DNA of 63,703 nucleotides, the filler included, from Olpidium bornovanus S191 (lineage: Eukaryota > Fungi > Olpidiomycota), in assembly GCA_017911155.1 (NCBI GenBank). It is 27 parts of 27 records of this genome, joined end to end, with 100 filler letters (N's around TTAATTAATTAA, not from the genome) between each part and the next. Parts side by side here need not be neighbours in the genome. Positions count along the whole stretch, not along the records: positions 47,368 to 49,610 come from JAEFCI010010154.1; positions 49,711 to 54,566 come from JAEFCI010009534.1; positions 54,667 to 57,393 come from JAEFCI010006223.1; positions 57,494 to 59,008 come from JAEFCI010006598.1; positions 59,109 to 61,339 come from JAEFCI010007527.1; 22 more parts are not named here. The stretch is one strand, 5' to 3'. Positions 47,268 to 60,021 of the stretch are shown piece by piece. Position numbers and translations under genes: made by a program. A model generated the notes under the pieces. It saw nothing but the letters and a program-made list of their open reading frames with translations, did not search any database and was not told the DNA's origin. Position 1 is the stretch's first letter. Every line of letters begins with the position of its first letter.

Positions 47268-48634
47268 NNNNNNNNNNNNNNNNNNNNNNNNNNNNNNNNN
47301 NNNNNNNNNNNTTAATTAATTAANNNNNNNNNNNNNNNNNNNNNNNNNNNNNNNNNNNNNNNNNNNNAAAAAAAAAAAAAAAGAAAAAAAACGTGAAAAA
47401 GAAAGAAAGAGCAAAAGAAACCCACAAACCTGCCCGGGAGAGAGAAAAAAAAAAAAAGGAAGAAACGGGCGCTGACCCTCTTTCACGCACGCTCTCCGCG
47501 CGCGCCTTAAAAAACCAAAGAAAAAAAAAAAAAGTTCGCGCGCGCGCCGGAACGGCGCACAACTGCCACCCTCCCCGCCCCGTTTCCCCTCGTCCGCCTC
47601 ATTTTCCTTTCCCTTCCCCTCCTTTCTCCCCTCGTCGCCCTCTTCTTTTCTCTTTTCCATCCCCGGCGCGCCATCACACCCCCCCCCTCCCCCCCACCAC
47701 TACCCACCATTTCCTCGTCCGCCGCCACCGGCCAAAGCAAACAAACCAAAACGCCGCGAGCTGGTGTCCCGTTCCGCTGGCGCTTGCGGTAGGCACGCGC
47801 ACAAGAACCCGGCAAGAATGCTCGCGCCCGCGCCCGCGCGCGGTTTCCGGTCTCCTCTTTCCTGCTTCGTTTCCCTCTCCTTCTCCTACCGTTTCCCTCC
47901 GTGATCGTTTTTCCGGCCCACCACGCTTCCCCCCACCCCTTCCCTTTCGCGTGTTTCGAGCGTGTTCGCGCGCTTTTCCGCCGCTGCCGGACTGACTTGC
48001 ATCTTAAAGTAGCGCGCAGCTGGGAGGGGGGGTGGGGAGAGAGAAGTTCCCTCCAGGGCAACTCAAACTTGCGTCTTGCTTCCCGCGTCGCCACACCCCG
48101 TCTTTCCTCAGCTGGCGGCCGCCAAAGTGTAGCGGCCAGCAGCCACCGATTCGACGGTTGACTCCGGTGAAGTAGGCGGACATCAACTCTTGCAGCAGAG
48201 GGGACAGCGTTTCAACTTCCAAAAACGGCGACCGGGGGACTAACCGTGGTTGTAAGTGCTTGGCGCGCCGGTTTTTGCCGCCTACCTATCGCCGCGTTTC
48301 TGCGGTCGCCGTTTTCCCTGCGTCTTAATCCGCCACTCATGCCAACCATCACCGCTGCGTCGGCTTGACCCGTACACTCCCAATTTTCGCCGGCGTCGTG
48401 TTGTTTGGCTGCAAACTGCTTGGCTCAGCATGGGACCTCCCTCTGTCGCGGCGGTGGCGTTCCAGTTTCAACCGAATTCCGTGTCGTCGGTTATCACGGA
48501 ACCTCGAGGCGCCACATTTCTCGACGCAGTGTCCCTCGCATCCCTGGGGATTACTTCACCTCTGATCAAGGCCGAAATGTCTCCGTCGCCGCGCGTTGAT
48601 GGCCCCGCCGCGAAAGCCGTCGCCAGGCAGCCGC

Positions 48635-48724
48635 CGGCACACGTCCACCAGGACGGAGACGCCACTCCAGAGAATCCGGCGGCACACGTCCACCAGGACG
48701 GAGACGCCACTCCAGAGAATCCGG
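48635..48724 (+). repeat. 45-bp perfect tandem repeat, 2 copies
   Basis: CGGCACACGTCCACCAGGACGGAGACGCCACTCCAGAGAATCCGG twice, in frame within ORF 48256-48798 (AHVHQDGDATPENPA x2). Confidence 0.9.
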
Positions 48725-50796
48725 CGGCGGTGACCACGGTGAGGAGGACGGGTTGCCCGCGGGTTGGGCTGGACGTCTGTTGCCTGCAACTTACGTGAGG
48801 CACGCGTGTGCGTAGTCGACAACGAACAACACCCTTGGCGCGTCCCAGCCTTCAAACTCTGGTTCTCCGCAGCCGGCCGGTTACCACTGCACCCCAGCCA
48901 AGAAATGCAAGACCGTTCGATTCTCAGTTGCCAAGGAGATATTCGACGGACATTGCGTTACGCCCCCTCCGTCCGAGGATTTTGATGCTGACGATGGAGG
49001 CAGTATGTCCTCTCCTGCACATATTTCGAACTGCACCGGCGCGTGCGTTGAGCTTCAGTCGGCTCTTTTGGAACGCCTTTCGATTGCGGATGGGCCTTTT
49101 CCGGACGCGATTCATCGCCTCCGCGTTCCAACGTTGTGAGCCAAGATACCCGTGGGCCGTCGGAATTTCCCCGCGTGGCTACTTACGTCTGGCCTCCCTT
49201 CCAATTGCAGTTCTGCGAAGATCGAGGTTCCTAGCACGTTGGACGGTCCAATTTACCAACGGCGGGCGACCGCCAGTTTCGGCTCTCTCGCCCCTGCCAT
49301 GCTTCCAGACTGCGCCGTCCACTCCCAGATAAGCGCATTCTTCACGCACGGGGATGAGAAGGAACAGTCAGGTACGTAATTCTAGTCAGTCGAGCCTTAC
49401 TAACTTGAAGTGCTTACGCGTCCAGTTGTATCTGTAGCTACCGAAGCCGATCGGTTTCTTCCATCTGGGAATACGAATGTATTATTTACTCATGTACTTC
49501 AAGGGAACGGTTTCCCTATGGTACGTCGGACTTAAAACGAAAAGTGGAACGTCCACTTTCTTTTGCGTTTCCTTTCGGAGCAACGATAATAATTGCACCG
49601 TTTCATTTGCNNNNNNNNNNNNNNNNNNNNNNNNNNNNNNNNNNNNNNNNNNNNTTAATTAATTAANNNNNNNNNNNNNNNNNNNNNNNNNNNNNNNNNN
49701 NNNNNNNNNNCATGCCAAGGAGGTTTCTCACGTCGAGCGGTTTCTCTCCCGCTGGTCGATTTGCGGGCTGTCAATTGGCGTCCCCGTCGGTGGGGGGAAG
49801 AGGGCTGAAAAACGGAGACAGGAGAGCCAAGGGAAGACGCGCATTCAAAAATGCGCCGTAAATTTCTATACGGGTTCTAGGCCTATTTTGTATGGCGGAA
49901 GTGTGTTTGGATTACAGGGGCCGGAAAGGGGAAGACGATTCACGCGCATAATAATAGTTATAATAAAAATTATAAATTCAATAGTAATAGAATATTTAAT
50001 AATAATAATATCAATGACATCAATAATATATTGCATCCGGACCTCCGTTTTTCCACAAAGGAGGTGAGGGGCACACCATTTTCCGTAGTCCAGCGTTCGG
50101 CCGAGCGCACTGCATCAAAACTGGCAATCGTCGTCGCGCCTTACGGGACTATGCATTGCCGGAGGCAATACCGTCGAATTCCCTGCCTTCAAGCGAGCCC
50201 GTCCTGGCTCGTTCGACCGATATCATGCAGTGTTACGTCCGGTCCCAATGTCCTTAGAGCCCACTGGCCACCACCATGGAAGTCTTCGACGGTGAACTCG
50301 TCTCATTTCGCTCGTCTCAAAATGCGCTGCCCGTGTGAGGACAGCCGGTCCATCTAACCCTGGAATGCGGCCCACCGGGAACACTTTTTTTTTTTTTTTT
50401 TTTTTTTTTTTTGCGGTTGGCCAAAATTCAAAAGGTGCCCGCACTGTAACCAGCGGACCCTGGTTAAACATTATTGAATAAGCAAGAGGATTTTCCGACC
50501 TGACCCATCGTAGAATTTTTGGTAAGAGCCGGTGCATAAAACGTGAGGAAAGCAAAATGTTACCACAAGCAGCGCGTCGGAACGCACTTTGGACTAAAAA
50601 ACGACCGAACGGGCGGAACACAGTCTCTCTGCAGAAAAAAAAACGAAGGATAACGAGCAGGTCGAAGTGATGCGTAGGTGCTAAAAAAGCGACTAGGTGA
50701 TGTGAGGGTGACCAACCGAAACCACAAAAAAAATGAATAAATAAACCATTGATACGCCGATATCCTTTTCTTGGAGTTTGGAGCGCCTGGCCAGCA

Positions 50797-52725
50797 TCAA
50801 AAAAAGCCGCCGTCAGCGAGCAGCTCGGCCGCTTCGGCGGAAGCGCCGCCGCCCAGGTCGTCAGAACTGGGGGAAGGCTCGGTCGCCGGTGCCGCGACGT
50901 CCCCGGTCTCCGTGCCTCCCTCGGCGTTCGGGATCTCGGGAGGAACGGCCCCGGTGCTCGGCAGGGGCGCCTCAATAATCTCGCCCTCGCCGCCAACGAC
51001 GGAATCTCCTGCGCCGTCATCCGTCGTTTCTTCCGGCGGCGCGGAAAGTAAAGGTTGTGCGGTGTCCCCCCCCGCGGTCTCGTCGGTCTGGCTTTCGCCG
51101 ATGTCCGGTACAGCGGCACGCGTCTGCGTGGCATCCGAGCTTGCAGACGGTTGGATTCCTGTGATCTCTCCCGCCGCGGCGACGCCGGTCGAGTTTGCGC
51201 CAGAATCCCTTTCGGCGGCAGTTGTTGCCGGCGCCGCCGTGCTCGCATCGGGCGGACTTTCCTCCGACACCGAGCCCGCTCCGTCACTGTTGTCGTCGAC
51301 TCTGCTCAGCTCGTAGTATACGTCTCCGGCGGGCTGTATGACCACCGGCGGATCGTTCGGAGCCGCGGCTTTGGTCGTATAAGTGGGGGCATCGGACGTC
51401 GAGGTGACGGTGACCGCATCGGAAGGATTTCGAGAAGTCGGTGATTCGGCGTCGCCGTCGGGCACAGCGGACGTGGACATGTCGCCGGTATCGACCCCGT
51501 CGCAGGGAATCCCGTCCGCGCACTCTCCTTCTAACTCGTAGAATTCGTCTTCGAAAACGGGCGTTGTGGCTGGCGGGGTGCTCGAAGATGCGGCTTCCGT
51601 TGTGTTGGCGGAGTCATCAGCCGTCGAGGTGACGGTGGCAGGATCGAAATGATCGAAAGAGGCGGACGATTCGATGTCGTCGCCCGGCGTAACCAACGTG
51701 GGCATGCCGACGGCGTCGACGGCGTCGCAGGGGGTTCCCGCCGCGCACTCTCCAACCTGCTCGTAATATAGATCACCAGCGGACCCCGCCATCGCCGGGT
51801 CGCTCGGGGTCTCGGCTTCTGGCAAAAAAGCGGGGTCGCCAGAGGCCGAAGCGGATGTTGCGGCAACGTCATTAGGATCGAAAAAGACGGGTGTTGATTC
51901 GACGTCGCTGTCCGACGCAGCGGGCGCGGACACGCCGCCGGCGTCGACTCCGTCGCACGTGATCCCGGTTGCACACCCTCCGACGGAACTCGACGCCGTC
52001 GCGCTCGAGGCCACGGAATCGTCCGCGGTCATCGACGCCAAGGAGAATTCCGTGGCTTGGGGACTGTCGCTAGACGCGGATAGCGTGTTTGCGCTCCGGA
52101 TCGTGTGCGGTCCAGGGTAAGGCGGGGAGGCTAACGTTGCGGTCTCAGACGCTGTTGCGAGGGCCTTTACAAAATCAAATAGGGAGAAATATTTTTCTGC
52201 TGCTTTACATTTTCGCGAAGAAGGGAATGAAGCGAAGGAGGACCGCGGTCGAAAAAGACAAAAATAGAAAACCACTCTCACTTGGAATGGGGTGTCCAGG
52301 AGGTCCTGCTGCTGCTGCTCCGGCGGCGCCGAGCTTTCCTCCGGCGCCTGCCCGGCCTTCCCGGCGAGCGGCGCGTCCGGTGCAATTTCGTCCCCGACGT
52401 TCACGATCTTATCGAGCAGCACGGCGTCGTCGGCGCCCGGCGGTTCCCCCGGCGGTGCCCCGCCGGAGTGGGGGGGACCGCGGCGGCCCGCCGCCGGGAG
52501 AACGGCGGCGACCGAAGCGCCGACGGCGAGCAGGGCGACGGCGAAAAGGAGGGCGCGGACCCGCGGGTGCGCGCCGCCCCAACGCAGTCCGCCGAAGGGC
52601 CGCTTTTCTTCGAGCAGGAACGGGGCCCGGTCTCCGCACCTCGCGTGGTACGCGTCTACGCGTCCGGCGGAGGACCGACTCTGCTGCTGGAGCAGCTCGT
52701 AGTCGTCCGGGTTCCGGGAGGTCAT
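50797..52725 (-). CDS. Type II membrane protein with acidic Ser/Thr/Ala/Asp-rich ectodomain and Cys-pair repeats
   Basis: 642-codon ORF with a short cytosolic N-terminus and TM LLFAVALLAVGASVAAVL. Probable intron near 52170-52281. Three CxxGxxCDxVD repeats. Confidence 0.75.
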   Translation of the reverse strand: MTSRNPDDYELLQQQSRSSAGRVDAYHARCGDRAPFLLEEKRPFGGLRWGGAHPRVRALLFAVALLAVGASVAAVLPAAGRRGPPHSGGAPPGEPPGADDAVLLDKIVNVGDEIAPDAPLAGKAGQAPEESSAPPEQQQQDLLDTPFQVRVVFYFCLFRPRSSFASFPSSRKCKAAEKYFSLFDFVKALATASETATLASPPYPGPHTIRSANTLSASSDSPQATEFSLASMTADDSVASSATASSSVGGCATGITCDGVDAGGVSAPAASDSDVESTPVFFDPNDVAATSASASGDPAFLPEAETPSDPAMAGSAGDLYYEQVGECAAGTPCDAVDAVGMPTLVTPGDDIESSASFDHFDPATVTSTADDSANTTEAASSSTPPATTPVFEDEFYELEGECADGIPCDGVDTGDMSTSAVPDGDAESPTSRNPSDAVTVTSTSDAPTYTTKAAAPNDPPVVIQPAGDVYYELSRVDDNSDGAGSVSEESPPDASTAAPATTAAERDSGANSTGVAAAGEITGIQPSASSDATQTRAAVPDIGESQTDETAGGDTAQPLLSAPPEETTDDGAGDSVVGGEGEIIEAPLPSTGAVPPEIPNAEGGTETGDVAAPATEPSPSSDDLGGGASAEAAELLADGGFF

Positions 52726-52904
52726 GGCTTTCCGAATGGGACGCGGGAAATTACGTTAAGGGTAAGGTAAGGCGGGGGAGGCCGCGGTGGAGGACGCAGC
52801 AAGTGCTTTTCCGCGCCTTGTCTAGAAAAGAGGGGGGGGGGGGTATGGGTAAGTTTCTTGTCTACGATCTAGAGGCGCGTCCGCCCGCGCCGGCGGCCGC
52901 GAGG

Positions 52905-52949
<45 letters not shown>

Positions 52950-53192
52950 CCCCCCCCCGTTTTTTTTTTTTTTTTTTTGGGGGGGGGGGGGGGGAAGAGG
53001 TTTTTTTTTTTTTTTTTTTTTTTTTCGCACCGCTACAATTCGCGCGCGCGCGGGGGCGAGGAGAGCAAACGCATATTGCGCGCGCGCGGCCAGTAAGAAG
53101 AACCCATTTCCGCTCTGCACGTGATCAAGCCTTCCTCCCGCCGTGCCGCGGGCGCCGGGGAAGCGCGTTGTTATGGACCAGCGCACATGATA

Positions 53193-53238
53193 TCACGTGA
53201 CCATTCCACAAATGTTTGTGCGCCTGCAGTCACGTGAC
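53193..53238. promoter_or_regulatory. Two TCACGTGAC E-box palindromes upstream of the type II membrane protein gene
   Basis: TCACGTGAC at 53193 and GTCACGTGAC at 53229. The same motif occurs at 3593, 5018 and 18134. Confidence 0.45.
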
Positions 53239-53467
53239 GTTGCCTGACCTCCCCCCTTTTCACCGAACCGTGTCCTCTCAGAACACAAGCATCCCCTCCA
53301 GCAGCCCCGCAGGGCTCGGCCCTCCCAGCTCTCGAGGCCGTCTCTCGCAGTCGACATGAATAGAACCCATACAATTATTATTCACCGCCCAAAGTGCCTT
53401 AGAAAATCGGCGGCCGGCTATATTCTTATGTCTGCATAAACAGAAAAAAATACAACTCCAAAACCAT

Positions 53468-54566
53468 TGCTACGCCTCGGCGAGGTTTTCTCCCTCGGAG
53501 ATAGCATGCCAGGGTTACCCCGTGGTATGGCCCGCCGTTATGTCGCATAACAGCATAGATAGCTTCCCCAAAAAGTTATGTCGCATAACAGCATAGATAG
53601 CTTCTTCCCCCCGCACCGCTCTTCGCCCGTCAACAACCGCACACACACAAAATAAACAACGGGTTATGAGCCCAACGGACTCACGTCCGTAGCTCCCGAG
53701 CACAACCATCTCCGTCTTTCGCGCAGCCCGGCCAGAAGCGCGGGAAGCGCGCGAAGCGCAGTCCGGCGGGAAGGGCGGGAAGGGCGGGAAGCACGCGGCG
53801 CGCCGCGGAACGAGGCACGAGACGCGTAACACAGCCCGACCTCATCATGGACGAGCGAGTTGACGCAAAACCGCACTCGGCTGGACGGCTCATCATAAGC
53901 CAGCTCAACGAGACAAACTGGGTCTCATGGAAGGAGGACATGCGGGCTGTCTTTCTGAGGAAGAGTCTGTGGGCACACGGCACAGGTCGTGAGGCGCGAC
54001 CTACGGGGCCCAACGAGGCAGCGGTACGCACATGGGAACGCCAAGACGGGGAAGTGTACCTACATGTGGGAAGCTTGTATAAGCATCTTTAAAAGGGGAC
54101 GGAGACCTCTAAGAAAGCTTGGGACGCGCTGAGTCTTCATTTCAAAAGCGTGGGGTCCAGCGCCAGACTGAGACTGAAGAAGCCTTTATACAACACAGAG
54201 ACGGGCAATGACGAGACCTTCGACCTATACGCGCGCGTGTGAAGGACCAAGTGCAGACACTACTCGACCTGGGAGAGGCGAACGACTGGGAGCGCGAGAC
54301 CAGGGACGTCCTTCTGATGGGGCGTCTCCCTTTCCTCGGAACCGCGATCGACGCCCTCGAAAGCAGCACAAGGAAAGACTCAAGGGACGGCAAATGGCAC
54401 CGGCCATCCCTGGGGGAAACAATATCATTCCTGCGAGAGGCGGACCAGAGGAGGGGCATGTCGGAGAAACCCGGGTCGGGAAGTGGGAACGATCGAGCGG
54501 TGATCGTTTGACGCGATCGTAACGAGGAGCGTGAATGACCCAGACGCGATTGAAACGAGGGGCATG
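53468..54566 (+). mobile_element. 5' end of a Ty1/copia element: putative LTR, tRNA-iMet PBS (53661-53681) and degenerate gag from 53847
   Basis: AAACAAC|GGGTTATGAGCCCAACGGACT. gag LNETNWVSWKEDMRAVFLRKSLW...SKKAWDAL...RLRLKK matches the copia gag N.W...M...L..K.LW / A...W..L pattern. A 30-bp direct repeat lies at 53537 and 53575. The LTR start is uncertain. Confidence 0.85.
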
Positions 54567-55815
54567 NNNNNNNNNNNNNNNNNNNNNNNNNNNNNNNNNN
54601 NNNNNNNNNNTTAATTAATTAANNNNNNNNNNNNNNNNNNNNNNNNNNNNNNNNNNNNNNNNNNNNCATGATTTATTTTTTTTTCGCTTGGCCGAGGCGG
54701 GCCGCGGGGAGGGAAGGTGGGGGATGGGACGGGGAAGGGGTGGAAAAGCTCTCGGCGTTCGTGGGGATCTTTTGGGAAAGGGACGGAAAAATCTGTGCCT
54801 TCTCGCTTTTTCGCGATCCTGCGACGCGCGCCGCGCAAATGAGAGGGATGCCCGTTCGGGGCCCTGCGGGGGTGGCGAGGGAAGGGGAGGGAGTGAGTCT
54901 GCGTTTTTGCCTCTAAAAAATAATTGTGAGATTTATGGCCTGAAATTTTCCGGCGGTCCAAAATTTCCGCGGGCATCGGTAATTTTTTTTCAAACGCGAG
55001 CAAAAAAAAAAAAATTTCCGGTACCCCCCCGACCACCCCGCACCCCCTAGCCGTGCCAGTCCGCCCCGCCCGCCCCCAAACCGCCTCTGCTCGAGCACAA
55101 CGCGCCGCCTGCGCTTTTCCGGGAGTCTGTGCTTCCTGAGCGGCGCCCCCGACCCCAGCCGCCGGCGAGCCGGAGCCCTCTCCTCCGTTCTGCTACCCCC
55201 TTTTCCCCCTGGCGTGTAACGGCCTGGAGGACGAAAGCGCGGGGAACGGAAGAGGGAGGGGAAGAGGGCGGGGGGGGGTGGGGGGGGGGAGCTTGCTAGG
55301 CGGGATGAGACGAAAGAAATCTGATAATTGCCAGAAAAATTCAAATGGAGCACAAGAGGCGCGAGCGGCTTATGTACCCGAACCGGCCGTGCACAGTTCA
55401 CGCAAAGGCTTCCCACCCCCCGACTGCTGTCAACCGATGTTCAAAACAACTGGATTTTCTGGAATGCGGTTTTGATATGCATATGTGTTGGGAAATCCGC
55501 ACTTCCAACGACAACGCGCGCATCCTCTGCAAGGCCGGCCGCGCGTTTCAAATATGTCGTTTGTTGATTTCGCCACTGAGACCTGAAAAAAAGAAGCATT
55601 CTGTCCAAAAACTGGCGCTGCCGGCCGGCGGAGCTAGACCGCAACGGCACCCGCGAAATCGACACACCTCGCTTGGCGCTCTCAGAGCGCGCGCACGACG
55701 TAGTGACCAGGGTGTTCCGCCGGTTGCGCCGAGAAAAATTAGCAAGCTTGAGGTAGGAGAGAGCTTGGAGGGGGAGGGGCGTAAAAAAAAAGATGTTTTG
55801 AAGAAATCCGGCCTT

Positions 55816-57272
<1,457 letters not shown>

Positions 57273-57315
57273 TCAGAGTCCCCGGGCGAGTTTTTTCCGG
57301 GCTGGGCGCGACGGT

Positions 57316-57347
<32 letters not shown>

Positions 57348-57803
57348 TCACCCCCGGTTAAGGTTTGTAAAAGCGCACAGCACTAACTAACGGNNNNNNN
57401 NNNNNNNNNNNNNNNNNNNNNNNNNNNNNNNNNNNNNTTAATTAATTAANNNNNNNNNNNNNNNNNNNNNNNNNNNNNNNNNNNNNNNNNNNNCATGAGT
57501 TGGATACACAAAGCCCCTTTGGAAATGAATCTTCCACGGGTACGGCCGGCCGTCGCACTCGGCGGGAACGGAAGCCCAATTCGGAATAGGTATCGGGGGG
57601 GCAGGCGGAGCCGGGGGCGGCGGAGGTGGCGGGGCTCGACTTCTCGGCTGTTGAGAATTCGGCTGTTGTCCTGGTACAGGAACCGCGGGAACCGAAGCGT
57701 TAACACCTTGCTTTCGCTCGAGCGAGGGCGTCGGGACGTGCTGCCGGTCGCCGCCGCCGCCGCCTCCTGACTCCCCTGAGAGCAGAATCGCGGTGACAAC
57801 GCA

Positions 57804-58724
57804 TCAAGAGATATTTGTATACGAAGCGATCCGACTATTCGAGAAGACGTCGTTTTTACCTGCGAAGTGGCCGCTCTGGGTTTTCGCCAGCAACAATCTG
57901 CGCTTTTTCAGTGCATTCGCGAGCGGGTTATCTGTCATCTCTTCATCTCCGACTTCAGCCCCAACAGGGACCAGAGGAGTTGGGCTCGACTCTTGAAGGC
58001 CTGACGGCAAGTTTGTCTGGAATGCCGAGGCTGAGGCGGTTTGGGGCGGCAGTGCCGGTGAAGCCGCCCTGGGTGCAGACCCTCGAGATCGTGCTTTTGA
58101 AGCCGGATCGGACACAGAGAGAAATGGTGAAGCGGTGGTTTGGACCTCAGGGCGGGTGGTCTCATTCGTCACGCCCGCGGGGGGCGCGGGTGCCCTGTTT
58201 CGTGATCCTGCTGGCGAAGCTACGGATTGTACGGGCCCCGCGGGGGCTGGTGCTCGCGCTTTTGGTGAAGCGGGTAAGCGCGGTGCAACTGAATCCGACA
58301 GGTGTCCATTCGCGCCCTTCGTGGACGCAGGGCCCGGAGATGTTGAGCCCGGGGGAAGAGGAGCGCGAGTCCTTGCCACTGTCGGGGAGCTCGGAACAGG
58401 CGGTTCTGAATGTGACGGAGCAAGCCCTCGAGTTTTTATCGGTGCTAAAGAGTGCGGCGAAACTACGATTGATCGAGAAAAAAACCGTCGATTATTTAGA
58501 CCTTTCCTCAATCGCGTTGCCCAATAATCTCGTCGATGGGACAAATTACCGGCTGACTGTTGCGGCGAAGCGGGTGCGGGATCCAACACAGCAGGAGAAT
58601 CTGAAGGAGCCGGCGCCTGTGGCGCTCGAGCTCGCAATTGTGGCGTCAGAGTCTCTGGGACAGGCAAAGCTGGCAGGTGGCAAATTCGTGAAAACGACGA
58701 CGACGAGAGTCGGGTTGGAAGCAT
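57804..58724 (-). CDS. Hypothetical Pro/Ser/Ala-rich protein fragment
   Basis: A long low-complexity ORF with no recognisable domain. An equally long ORF runs on the opposite strand, so coding status is uncertain. Confidence 0.3.
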   Translation of the reverse strand: MLPTRLSSSSFSRICHLPALPVPETLTPQLRARAPQAPAPSDSPAVLDPAPASPQQSAGNLSHRRDYWATRLRKGLNNRRFFSRSIVVSPHSLAPIKTRGLAPSHSEPPVPSSPTVARTRAPLPPGSTSPGPASTKGANGHLSDSVAPRLPASPKARAPAPAGPVQSVASPAGSRNRAPAPPAGVTNETTRPEVQTTASPFLSVSDPASKARSRGSAPRAASPALPPQTASASAFQTNLPSGLQESSPTPLVPVGAEVGDEEMTDNPLANALKKRRLLLAKTQSGHFAGKNDVFSNSRIASYTNIS

Positions 58725-59986
58725 CTTTGTATTTACGAGTCCCGGTGATTCGTAGTTTTACTCATACCTCCAGTGGCTTGCTCCTGCGGAGCCTGACTTA
58801 TCGTTGCCTTGCTGTTACGTATTGCTCCCGCGAGCTCGCTCTCATGTGATACGGGGTTTGCTCTGATCGCTCGCCCATCGGGTAGTGTCATGCCAGCCAA
58901 GACCGGCTGGATGTCTGGTGCTGCCGACACATCTGCAAATGGCGGAAGCGGTCGGATCGATTTTTGAAATGGCAGAGAAGACGGCCGCAGAGTTTGTTTT
59001 TCAAAATGNNNNNNNNNNNNNNNNNNNNNNNNNNNNNNNNNNNNNNNNNNNNTTAATTAATTAANNNNNNNNNNNNNNNNNNNNNNNNNNNNNNNNNNNN
59101 NNNNNNNNCATGAGCGGGCCAGCGATGCTGCTGTGGAATCTTGCGGTCGCTGTGGTGGGGACCGCGTTCTTGTTGCCCTTCGCCTTCTTCTTCCCGTTCT
59201 CGGCCTGATCCTCCTCCCCCAAAGATATCGCGGATGCCTTCCGCGTTCTCGCCGTCGGCCTTGGCATTGTCGCCCCCAGCGCAGTTCCCGCCGCCAGCAC
59301 AGTTATGCGCACTGCCGCGGCAGCAGGTGTTCGCTCCCGCTCCCGGTACTCCGCCTTGTTGGTTGTACTGCCGTTGCGGTTGTTGGCAGCGACCTTCCGT
59401 CTCGCCGAGAACTCGGTGCAGGTCGCCGTCGCGCAAATAGCCGCCGGCGCCGATTTTCGTCGGCTCCAGGGGCGCGGGCAGCGTCATTATTCCCTGGGAC
59501 GAGAAATCCCCGTCCCCCCCCGGCGCCTGGGCACTCGCCCGCTCCTTCCCCCCTTAACCCCCCTTCTCCCCTCCCCTTTCGTGCGCAACCCCTGCGTCTG
59601 TTCTTTTTCTCCTCTGGTCCCGGGTGCCCTTGCACCAAGGCGGACGGGAAGCGTTCGTTTTCGCCGACGGCCCGGCCGGCCCAGGGGTCTCTTGGCGTTG
59701 TGCACTTCGGCCGGGGCGTACGGCGGGGTAAGGGAGGAGGGGAAGAGGGAGCAAGCCGGGAGGGGGCCCCGGAGGGAGGTCGGGGTTTTCCCGAGAACCC
59801 GGGGACCTGGGAGCGGGGGCGGGTGGGGCCGTCGCCCCTGCGCCTTCCGCCCAGCGCCAGGAAAGGGGCGCGAGGCGGCTTTTCTGGGGGGGGAAAAGGG
59901 GAAGAGAAAATGCGGGGGGCTCCGCGATCAAAGATCTCCGCAGAATCGTCCGATTGGGCCTCGGCACCCTCAATTCCTCCCCCCCC

Positions 59987-60021
<35 letters not shown>

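Noticed and set aside
57815-58849. 344-aa plus-strand ORF
   Set aside because: It has no recognisable motif and overlaps an equally long Pro/Ser-rich minus-strand ORF; it is probably a shadow frame.
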